This document shows, piece by piece, positions 20,503-28,366 of a stretch of DNA of 64,000 nucleotides. The translations under genes and the position numbers were made by a program. Position 1 is the first letter of the stretch. Each line of letters opens with the position of its first letter. Under the pieces are notes generated by a model. That model saw only the letters and a program-made list of their open reading frames with translations, had not been told where the DNA came from and ran no database searches. Source of the DNA: Candidatus Nomurabacteria bacterium (GTDB lineage Bacteria; Patescibacteriota; Minisyncoccia; Phycocordibacterales; UBA9973); assembly GCA_016699085.1 (NCBI GenBank), contig CP064958.1:67785-131784 (forward strand). Direction: 5' to 3'.

Positions 20503-20535
20503 ATTCCCCCAACAAATTTTGTCGGGGGAAATTTA
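20503..20535. terminator. Hairpin terminator, bidirectional.
   Basis: TTCCCCC...GGGGGAA between convergent genes. Confidence 0.55.
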
Positions 20536-20549
20536 ATTTATAAGATATT

Positions 20550-21695
20550 TTAATTATTTACTTTAGCACCAATTCTTACTTGTTCTTCATAACTATTAAC
20601 AGAAGGGAGAAGACTTGCGACTTCAAATTTTTCTTTACCAGACTTGTCCCAAATAATTAGAGAATCATCGTCTGTATTGAAGCCAATCACGATACTATTG
20701 ATCGGACTTAACTTCCCTGATCCGAATACATCATCAACATCTTTCGCAAATGCAATGGCATTTTGTTTTGCTTGTTCTGTATTATAATCGTGTCCAGCGC
20801 AACCGAGATGAGGTTTCTCAGCTGAGAAATGATATGTCGCCAAAACAAGTGCTTCTCGGTCACGACCGAGAGAATACTGAAGCCATGCTTTTACTTTATC
20901 GTAAAGTGCTTTCCATCCAAGACTAAATTTCGCTCCCACATTTCTTATGGGTTGAATAATGCCAACTGGAGTTTCTGTTGCAAGTGAAAGATTTATTCTT
21001 CCATCCATGCATTTGAAAGCCATTATCTCAGTTGAAAAATTTCTTCTGTATTTTTCCCTTTCGAAATGTTTGTTAACAAACATACTGCTCTGCTCCTCAT
21101 TTCTTTTTAAGAGATATACTGTCATAGGATTATCCTCACTCTGTGCGTACCCTTTCTCACGAAAATACCGAAGTTGTGTCATATCAAGCCGTTGAAAATG
21201 ACGGTCATTTTCGTTCATAGTTCCAGCAATAAACTGCAATCCCATATCAAGTAATTTAGGATAGTTATCTTTTATAACTTGATATCCCAAGCAAATTAAA
21301 TCATCTGCTTTAAGTATTGCATGCTTATAGTCTGAACCACTTTCACGATATGGAGAAGAAACCATAAAAGTTAAGCCTCCTTCAGGTGTGATACCTCTTT
21401 TCTCTAGATTATCAGTAAGTACTTTTCCGGCTGTTTTGAGTGGTCCAATAGAATCAATGTCAAAGGGATTCAATATCAGAGCTAGATTTGGTTCATGTAG
21501 CCAGTCAAAACCGTTACCAAAACCAATAACCCTTTCTTGGTGATCAAAATCAATTGGACGATCAGAGGACCGTATAACGGAAATATGTTCCTTGTTTCCA
21601 CTAAGTAATCTTGCAAAGTCCCTGAGAACTTTCTCTGGCAAATCGGGGTAAAGGCAAGATATCTGCTGTGCAATTTTTTGATATTCGTGTTCCAT
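20550..21695 (-). CDS. Hypothetical protein (381 aa) with a beta-carbonic-anhydrase-like C-terminal domain.
   Basis: 'CMDGR' (CxDxR) then 'PIRNVG', then 'HLGCAG' (HxxC). These occur with the spacing seen in beta-carbonic anhydrase. Confidence 0.4.
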   Translation of the reverse strand: MEHEYQKIAQQISCLYPDLPEKVLRDFARLLSGNKEHISVIRSSDRPIDFDHQERVIGFGNGFDWLHEPNLALILNPFDIDSIGPLKTAGKVLTDNLEKRGITPEGGLTFMVSSPYRESGSDYKHAILKADDLICLGYQVIKDNYPKLLDMGLQFIAGTMNENDRHFQRLDMTQLRYFREKGYAQSEDNPMTVYLLKRNEEQSSMFVNKHFEREKYRRNFSTEIMAFKCMDGRINLSLATETPVGIIQPIRNVGAKFSLGWKALYDKVKAWLQYSLGRDREALVLATYHFSAEKPHLGCAGHDYNTEQAKQNAIAFAKDVDDVFGSGKLSPINSIVIGFNTDDDSLIIWDKSGKEKFEVASLLPSVNSYEEQVRIGAKVNN

Positions 21696-21774
21696 GTATG
21701 GTAGGTGATTTTATTTTAAAAATGAAAATTCAAAAGCTAGCATACCATATATGCCAGCTTTTTCAAATTTGTAG

Positions 21775-22464
21775 TTATAAACTTTTAGGAGTTTGATTTT
21801 CGCTAGATTGGATTGGTACTATTGGTTTTGTGACTTCAACCACTGGTTCCAAACGCTTAGCAAGTTCAACGTACATGTATGACAATGCAATAATCGACAC
21901 AGGAATAGAGATAAGCAATCCTACACCGAGCGCTATTGCACCCAAAATATTGATACCTGCAATCATAATCATAAAGAGCCATAGTTCCCCTTTTACGCCT
22001 TTCGTCATTCGTGCACTCTCGCGGAAAGCATCTCGAATCGAGAGGTCGTCTTTATCGATAACGAGGTATTTTGCAAATGAGAATTTGATCGCCCATATGA
22101 TACCTGGAATAATAAATAAAATAAGACCGAGGATTACGATCGCACCGTAGAGTATCGATACAGCCAAATAGCGAAGAATCATTCTCACTGAACGCAAAAT
22201 ATCACTCGAATGAGGCTCGCTGCCACGGACAACTTTTATCGTGACGTAGATAATTCCTACACTGAGTACTATTTGGTACAACACACTAGAGATGGAAAAG
22301 ACAGCAGCCAAAAGTGGCATTGAATGTTCAGTAGCCTTTTGTGCGTTTTGAAATACGATCGTGATCCCAAATAAAAGTACACAGAAAATTATGTAGAACA
22401 AATATTCCTTTTTAAATGCCTGCCAGCCAAATCGCAATGCCTCCCGCTTTGGTAATTGTGCCAT
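21775..22464 (-). CDS. Polytopic membrane protein (229 aa), DUF975-like.
   Basis: About 5 hydrophobic helices. Confidence 0.45.
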   Translation of the reverse strand: MAQLPKREALRFGWQAFKKEYLFYIIFCVLLFGITIVFQNAQKATEHSMPLLAAVFSISSVLYQIVLSVGIIYVTIKVVRGSEPHSSDILRSVRMILRYLAVSILYGAIVILGLILFIIPGIIWAIKFSFAKYLVIDKDDLSIRDAFRESARMTKGVKGELWLFMIMIAGINILGAIALGVGLLISIPVSIIALSYMYVELAKRLEPVVEVTKPIVPIQSSENQTPKSL

Positions 22465-22469
22465 ATAGA

Positions 22470-23705
22470 CTAGAGTTCTTCGGTTGCTGAAGTCACAGGT
22501 GTTTCCACAGCATTATCTAATAATTGTGCTGCGACTGATTCGAGGAGCATAGCCTCATGTGCGACAAATGCACTTATTGAATCAAATGATCCTACGTTTA
22601 TAGTGCCTTCTTTCAGCTCTGCAACAGAATCTCGGAGACTATCGCTTGTTTTGTATGTTGGACTTTTCTTCATTAAAAACTTATACCATGGTGCTCGCAC
22701 TTCGACACCATTGTTGGTATTGTCGACAATAATCCGCTGGATCACATACGTCTTTGCAAAACCGAGGAACTTAGCGTTGGCTGCATAGGATATTTCGGTC
22801 ATATCTTTATTCATGACAATCTTTTTGATTCGATCATTGTCTCTCATTAATGTTTCAGCATAAAGTTTGAGATCTTCAAGTGTTGCTACACTTGTGGCAC
22901 GATCAATTCGGACAGTTTCCAAAGTTGTAGGCCCGAGTTCACTTCGGTTAATAGTGAGAGAAAGATCAGCTGCTTCTGGCGCTTGGTCACCTTGGGCTAC
23001 GTAACTTTTATTTTCATCCCAGTTAGTCTTAAAACTAGCGAATGATGCTTGGATGTTTTGGAAGTGACTATCAGCACTAACTCCAGGTAGTCCACGCAAA
23101 CACGAGAGTACTCGTGCGTTGAACGCAATTAAATTCTCAACTCTATTCATATCTGGACCTGCAGATTTACCGAGTTCATGGATAACTTCAACTAATACTG
23201 AACGGAAAATGGTTTTTAGACGGCTTTGGGCAACATCACTATTGCCTATAAGATCAAGTTCACTAGACATAGCCATTTGCAAGGCACGTTCCTTGGTGTA
23301 CAAATCTTTCTGCACTTGTGACACTTCGTCGGCTGGAGTTGCTAGAACACTATAGCTATCGACATTCCAAGCAAAACTAGATCGGTCGGCCTCACTAGCT
23401 CCCAAAAATGTACTATCGATCGCACTACAAAATGATTCAGTGTCAGTATCAGGAATACTTTTAGTACCGATATCACTAACGAGATTATCAACGATATAGG
23501 TAAGGTATCCAGAAGTCTTTGGGAGTGCAGTTGTTGTCGGAGCCTTCAATCCATCTGATGAAATTTCTGTTTCTGGTAATGCCGCAAAGATACTCGATGC
23601 GTAAAATAAGCTGATAATACTAAGCGTACTGACGAGCATAGAAGCTCTAGTGTGTGTTTTCATCCCGGTAGTATACCACCTGTAACCTAACTGTAAAATT
23701 GACAA
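22470..23705 (-). CDS. Secreted hypothetical protein (411 aa).
   Basis: N-terminal signal peptide 'ISLFYASSIFA'. Confidence 0.45.
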   Translation of the reverse strand: MSILQLGYRWYTTGMKTHTRASMLVSTLSIISLFYASSIFAALPETEISSDGLKAPTTTALPKTSGYLTYIVDNLVSDIGTKSIPDTDTESFCSAIDSTFLGASEADRSSFAWNVDSYSVLATPADEVSQVQKDLYTKERALQMAMSSELDLIGNSDVAQSRLKTIFRSVLVEVIHELGKSAGPDMNRVENLIAFNARVLSCLRGLPGVSADSHFQNIQASFASFKTNWDENKSYVAQGDQAPEAADLSLTINRSELGPTTLETVRIDRATSVATLEDLKLYAETLMRDNDRIKKIVMNKDMTEISYAANAKFLGFAKTYVIQRIIVDNTNNGVEVRAPWYKFLMKKSPTYKTSDSLRDSVAELKEGTINVGSFDSISAFVAHEAMLLESVAAQLLDNAVETPVTSATEEL

Positions 23706-23762
23706 TAATAAATTAAGTGTCGGAGTTTATATCTTTATGAAGACAGGATTCTCAAAAAAACG

Positions 23763-24335
23763 TTACCTAGATTTATACCGGAAACAATTCGTTGTATGAT
23801 CGTGCACCATGCCGATGCCTTGCATGAATGCATAGCAAATGGTCGAGCCGACAAATTTGAATCCTCGCTTTTTCAAGTCTATACTCATTGCATCAGATAT
23901 AGCCGATGTCGGGGGAAGCTTTTTGTTAGGACTAAAAGAATGATGGATCGTTTTGCCTCCAGTAAAGCTCCAAATATATTTAGAAAAACTACCGAATTCT
24001 TTTTGAATAATTAGAAAACTTTTAGCATTGGTAATCGTTGATTCTATTTTCAGACGATTGCGGATAATGCCGGCATTTTGCATAAGCTTAGTAACATCAC
24101 GCTTCCCCATCTGAGCAACTTTAGTCGCATCAAAATCATGGAAAGCTTTAGCAAAATTATCTCTTTTGTGGAGTATACATTTCCATGACAAACCCGCCTG
24201 ATGCGTATCGAGCACGATGGCTTCGAAAATATCTTGATCTTTTCTCTTCGGTACTCCCCAAACCGTATCGTGATATTCCTGCATTCTCAGGTCGTCCTCC
24301 ACCCATGCACAACGGATTTTTTCTTTGCTTTTCAT
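23763..24335 (-). CDS. tag: DNA-3-methyladenine glycosylase I.
   Basis: 'YHDTVWGVPKRKDQDIFEAIVLDTHQAGLSW' Tag signature, plus Zn-site residues. Confidence 0.85.
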   Translation of the reverse strand: MKSKEKIRCAWVEDDLRMQEYHDTVWGVPKRKDQDIFEAIVLDTHQAGLSWKCILHKRDNFAKAFHDFDATKVAQMGKRDVTKLMQNAGIIRNRLKIESTITNAKSFLIIQKEFGSFSKYIWSFTGGKTIHHSFSPNKKLPPTSAISDAMSIDLKKRGFKFVGSTICYAFMQGIGMVHDHTTNCFRYKSR

Positions 24336-24396
24336 TCCTCTACTATAGCAAAAACGGTCTTAAAAGACCGTTTATTATTTTCAATAAATTTGATAT

Positions 24397-24639
24397 CTAA
24401 AAAAGAATTTCACTTGCTCCTACTGCAAAACCGAACAAAAATATTACTGCTGCATAAATTAAATTGATATACCTTTCGAGATTTGCACCGAATTTTTGTT
24501 TCAAGTTCCCATCCCATTTTTCAATTCTACTCGTGAAATTAAACACGAATGAATCCTCTGGAAAAGCCGGAATAGGTGGCATTGCATTTTTGGTGGCATT
24601 TGATTTATCAACTGTTACACCAATAGATAGATTGTTCAT
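24397..24639 (-). CDS. Small hypothetical protein (80 aa).
   Basis: ORF only. Confidence 0.3.
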   Translation of the reverse strand: MNNLSIGVTVDKSNATKNAMPPIPAFPEDSFVFNFTSRIEKWDGNLKQKFGANLERYINLIYAAVIFLFGFAVGASEILF

Positions 24640-24750
24640 GAGTACAGATTTTTCAAACTATACTACGTACTACTAGAAACCACAATCATAAATCAAAAAG
24701 CAAAGATCGCTCTCTGCTTTTCGTCTGTTACTATTTATTAGTTACAATTT

Positions 24751-25197
24751 TTACATCCATGCACCCAATATCGCACCGAAAATCAAAAGTGACACGAGCA
24801 TATAGCCAGCATTGATAAAGAATAATCTCCATGCCATTTTGCGAGGGCGATTGCTCCACATGGCACCACTAGCAGATAGTGGCATTGCAAATCCTAGCCA
24901 CACCCAAAACGCTGTTGAAACACCTGACATAGCTCCAGTTGTGCCAAAGTATGCCATACCCATCACAATAATATGAGAGAGGACATATAACTCGATCAAC
25001 AAGAGCACAAACTGCGTGAGATATAATTTCCACATACCTTTCTGAATCTCTTTCATTTTCTCTGGTGGCATGTTCATATCCATACCAGAAGCTTCCATGA
25101 ATGCTACTCCAAAAAGGATTTTTGAATGCCACAGGAAACCTATAAACATTCCTACAAGTCCACACACTAATATCGCTACATAATTTACTGGGATCAT
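24751..25197 (-). CDS. Membrane protein (148 aa).
   Basis: 4 hydrophobic helices. The start codon is abutted by a heptad array. Confidence 0.45.
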   Translation of the reverse strand: MIPVNYVAILVCGLVGMFIGFLWHSKILFGVAFMEASGMDMNMPPEKMKEIQKGMWKLYLTQFVLLLIELYVLSHIIVMGMAYFGTTGAMSGVSTAFWVWLGFAMPLSASGAMWSNRPRKMAWRLFFINAGYMLVSLLIFGAILGAWM

Positions 25198-25203
25198 ATA
25201 TAT

Positions 25204-25231
25204 AGTAAACAGTGAGTAGTAAATAGTATAC
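25204..25231. repeat. Heptad array TAGTAAA/CAGTGAG/TAGTAAA/TAGTATA, 6 bp upstream of the 24751..25197 start codon.
   Basis: Direct reading. Confidence 0.5.
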
Positions 25232-25276
25232 GACTATTTAAAACTAACTACTTATAAATTAAACTAATAATTTCGA

Positions 25277-25819
25277 CTACTGATTTTTAATAACGAAATC
25301 TCCAAATACTTTCAAATCTTCACTCGATATCGAGTTTCGAGCGCTCGTATGTGCAACCCATGTCCGGTAACCATTGAGACATGTAAACGCAGAGACCCCC
25401 GGGACGAATGGTCCGTATTGATCTAGGGTACATGCTGACCAAGCTGGCGGATTGCCCCAATGGTCACCCCAGATAATTACCATATCATGATCAGGTGGCA
25501 TGGTTCCTCGAAAAGTAGGAATTGCATCTGCAGTAAGCGCCTGCGGATCCATAGGAACAGCACTTGTATCTGAATAATATTCAATAATATTCATCTCTTG
25601 GGGATAATAGAAACCAAATGTAGGCGACTTGAGCCATCCGTCAGGAATCGATTCAATACTAGGATCAGCTGTATTGCTTGTTTCAATTTGTCCAGGCAAT
25701 ATTAAATTTTTATCTACATATCCTTCTTCTTTTTTCTCAGTAATAAGCCAGATGATAATACCTAGAAGCACCAGCACGGCCACAATGAGCCCTTTATTTA
25801 TTTTTGAAGTATTTTGCAT
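25277..25819 (-). CDS. Secreted hypothetical protein (180 aa) with an N-terminal transmembrane anchor.
   Basis: ORF plus an N-terminal hydrophobic segment. Confidence 0.4.
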   Translation of the reverse strand: MQNTSKINKGLIVAVLVLLGIIIWLITEKKEEGYVDKNLILPGQIETSNTADPSIESIPDGWLKSPTFGFYYPQEMNIIEYYSDTSAVPMDPQALTADAIPTFRGTMPPDHDMVIIWGDHWGNPPAWSACTLDQYGPFVPGVSAFTCLNGYRTWVAHTSARNSISSEDLKVFGDFVIKNQ

Positions 25820-25949
25820 GTTATTTATTTTTATTTTTTATATCTATGTAAACGTTGCCCATCGCTTGATACGTTCCTTTCTGGACTCTTGCTTCTCAGA
25901 AACTGTAGCAATATTTTGCCACTCTTTAAAGTTTTCCATTACTTACTTA

Positions 25950-26201
25950 TTATTGAGTGTTTAATTGATCAACATTGATGAAATGCGTACCATCAGGAGT
26001 CACGCATTGCTCTGGATATGATTCGAGGATAGGATGGCCAGCAAGAGCACAGTCCGCAAACGTGGTTATCTCTGTTTTTGGAGGAATAACATCAGGTAGT
26101 GTATTAGTTTTTCGCATTTCAAAATATCGTCCTAAAAATGCAGCCCCAATAATAAAAACTACGATACCGATCGCGAGCCCTCTAGGTAGTTTTTCTTTCA
26201 T
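25950..26201 (-). CDS. Small membrane-anchored protein. The start is probably the internal Met 'MKEKLP'.
   Basis: The ORF-track start overlaps a terminator hairpin, so the start was moved to the Met at 26201. Confidence 0.35.
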   Translation of the reverse strand: MKEKLPRGLAIGIVVFIIGAAFLGRYFEMRKTNTLPDVIPPKTEITTFADCALAGHPILESYPEQCVTPDGTHFINVDQLNTQ

Positions 26202-26256
26202 GCCTACATTGTACCCTATATAGAAATATATTCTAGAGATGCATGTGCAAAAAATA

Positions 26257-26278
26257 AAACCCACATATGTGGGTTTTT
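26257..26278 (-). terminator. Rho-independent terminator for the 26280..27170 gene.
   Basis: AAAACCCACATATGTGGGTTTT palindrome followed by a T-run on the minus strand. Confidence 0.6.
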
Positions 26279-26279
26279 A

Positions 26280-27170
26280 CTATACCTGTTTGATAACAAA
26301 TGATGGAGTTGACGCACAGATTAGCGGCACAACCCAATCATCTAATTTCATCGAGATATGAATACTTTTCTTGGTTTGGAGAGCAAATTGATCAAAGGTT
26401 ACATTTCTTTCTTGCGATAGTAAATTTCGCTTTATAAAAGTTTTCACTAATTCAGTAAACTCTTCAGTACATTCCTTTGAAAGATACAATTTTTTCACAT
26501 TATCTCGAATCATTTTTTGTGTATTGATGATCATGTGAAAATTAGCCCCAGTAATTTTGATGTCATTTTTGAGTGTGATATCTATATTATTCACCAAAAT
26601 CGACATTTCCGAAGGTATAACGGTATACACATCAGGTGCCCAGGGCCAAATACTATAGACGTCTCCCGGATACAGTAATTTATGATCTGTATGACGTAAT
26701 ACAATCTTTCTTTCTGGAACAACAAATTTGGACCAGTCACTCATGAAGAAGACGAGCTCGAAAAATATGCAGCCAATTGAAACTTGAATTAATCGCATCT
26801 CTCCTGCACTAAATGAAGTACCCATATTCGAACAAACTATAATCGGCAAAAAGAACATCACTACGAATGATAAACCCTTGGCAATGCTAGAAAAAAAGGA
26901 TACCAATCTGTTCCAAATAGAGCTTTCTTTATAATTTCTATTTAAAAATTGGTGATTTTTTTCAATACCATAATAAGATACGCTGGTGAAAAATAATAGC
27001 ATTGCAATACTTACCAAAAGTATTGCTCCAACCTCGCTTAGAGATTGCGGCCAAATATTTTGATGACCTGAGTACGGTCCATCTACTAAATTCAAGAGCA
27101 ACAGTATCCAAGGAAATACCAGAGCAAATGTTACTACGTAAGTAAAATTCTTTGCATTTTTTGTTTTCAT
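26280..27170 (-). CDS. Polytopic membrane protein (296 aa).
   Basis: Hydrophobic helices. Confidence 0.45.
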   Translation of the reverse strand: MKTKNAKNFTYVVTFALVFPWILLLLNLVDGPYSGHQNIWPQSLSEVGAILLVSIAMLLFFTSVSYYGIEKNHQFLNRNYKESSIWNRLVSFFSSIAKGLSFVVMFFLPIIVCSNMGTSFSAGEMRLIQVSIGCIFFELVFFMSDWSKFVVPERKIVLRHTDHKLLYPGDVYSIWPWAPDVYTVIPSEMSILVNNIDITLKNDIKITGANFHMIINTQKMIRDNVKKLYLSKECTEEFTELVKTFIKRNLLSQERNVTFDQFALQTKKSIHISMKLDDWVVPLICASTPSFVIKQV

Positions 27171-27231
27171 AACAATGAAATTTGAGATTACTATACAGTA
27201 TTTCTATAGAAAATCAAGTTCATCTACTAAA

Positions 27232-27259
27232 CAAAAAAGACCTTACATAGGTCATTTTT
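27232..27259 (-). terminator. Terminator for the 27269..28366 gene.
   Basis: GACCT-tacat-AGGTC followed by TTTTTT on the minus strand. Confidence 0.5.
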
Positions 27260-27268
27260 GTTTGTATT

Positions 27269-28366
27269 TTATTCGTCAATTGTGAACGTCTTCATTTCCC
27301 CACCAGGGATTGTATACTCAAGTGTCTTATCATCAATCCATTTTGGCTTATGCCAAAATGTCGTATCACCCGTTCGATCAAGAAGAATTTTTTCTTTCGT
27401 TATTACATTGTAGACATAAAAAGATACCTGCATATTTTTAGATGTCCATTCTGCTTGATATTCGGCATCGAATTCTTTTGTGCCTGTCCAGGGCGGGCCG
27501 TCATCATAGGTTACCCACGCATTTTCAATATTAAATGGATCACCTTCCATGGTTCCTGTTGGAGCATCAAATAATTGCCAGTTACCTGAAGAAACATCAA
27601 CTTTCACAAATGCTAGCGTATCAGCACCGTCAAATAATCGAAACCAATAGTATTGACTATCTTTTGTCCAACCTATGAGACTAATGTCGCCACTAGCGCC
27701 CGGATATTTTGCAAATATATCTTGCATTGGAATAGCAACAACATCTTCACCGGAATCAATTGATTTGATAATGAATGAATAATCTTCGCTGCCAACATAT
27801 CCTTTTATTAAATTAATGTATTTTTCGTGTGGATCGATATCAAAAGAAGTTTGATATATTAAAGTTGGTTTATTACTTTTTATATCAGTAAATGTAAAGT
27901 TTGATTCTGGATTTTTATCTATATATGAGTATTTCCAAACTTCAAATCTGTAATCTGGTAAGATTTGAAAGTTGCTGTAATCAAACCCCCAATATCTCAA
28001 AACATACATTGCGCAATCCCTTATTTTATAGACCTCTTGATTTGGAGGAACATTGTCAATTACAAATGAATTAATTTGTGTATTTTGACTATCAGTTATT
28101 TTTACTTCCATGGGGATAAGTGGTCGATCAAGACCATTCACCGCTTTTTCTCCATCTCGGGGGAAATTAATTTGTAATCCATCTGACTGACATTTTTCTA
28201 TATTATTTGTTGCCATACTATCCCATACATCAGTAGGTGCCGGGATTACATCTTTTAGAAATTTAAAGTAGTAGAGAATAAATATAGTCAAAAAACCCAC
28301 AATGATTATGAGTACAGCATGGAATATCTTTCGATGTGAATTAGAAGTCATACGAGAGTATTCCAT
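27269..28366 (-). CDS. Membrane-anchored extracytoplasmic protein (365 aa).
   Basis: N-terminal transmembrane segment. Overlaps the upstream giant gene by 26 nt, consistent with an operon. Confidence 0.45.
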   Translation of the reverse strand: MEYSRMTSNSHRKIFHAVLIIIVGFLTIFILYYFKFLKDVIPAPTDVWDSMATNNIEKCQSDGLQINFPRDGEKAVNGLDRPLIPMEVKITDSQNTQINSFVIDNVPPNQEVYKIRDCAMYVLRYWGFDYSNFQILPDYRFEVWKYSYIDKNPESNFTFTDIKSNKPTLIYQTSFDIDPHEKYINLIKGYVGSEDYSFIIKSIDSGEDVVAIPMQDIFAKYPGASGDISLIGWTKDSQYYWFRLFDGADTLAFVKVDVSSGNWQLFDAPTGTMEGDPFNIENAWVTYDDGPPWTGTKEFDAEYQAEWTSKNMQVSFYVYNVITKEKILLDRTGDTTFWHKPKWIDDKTLEYTIPGGEMKTFTIDE

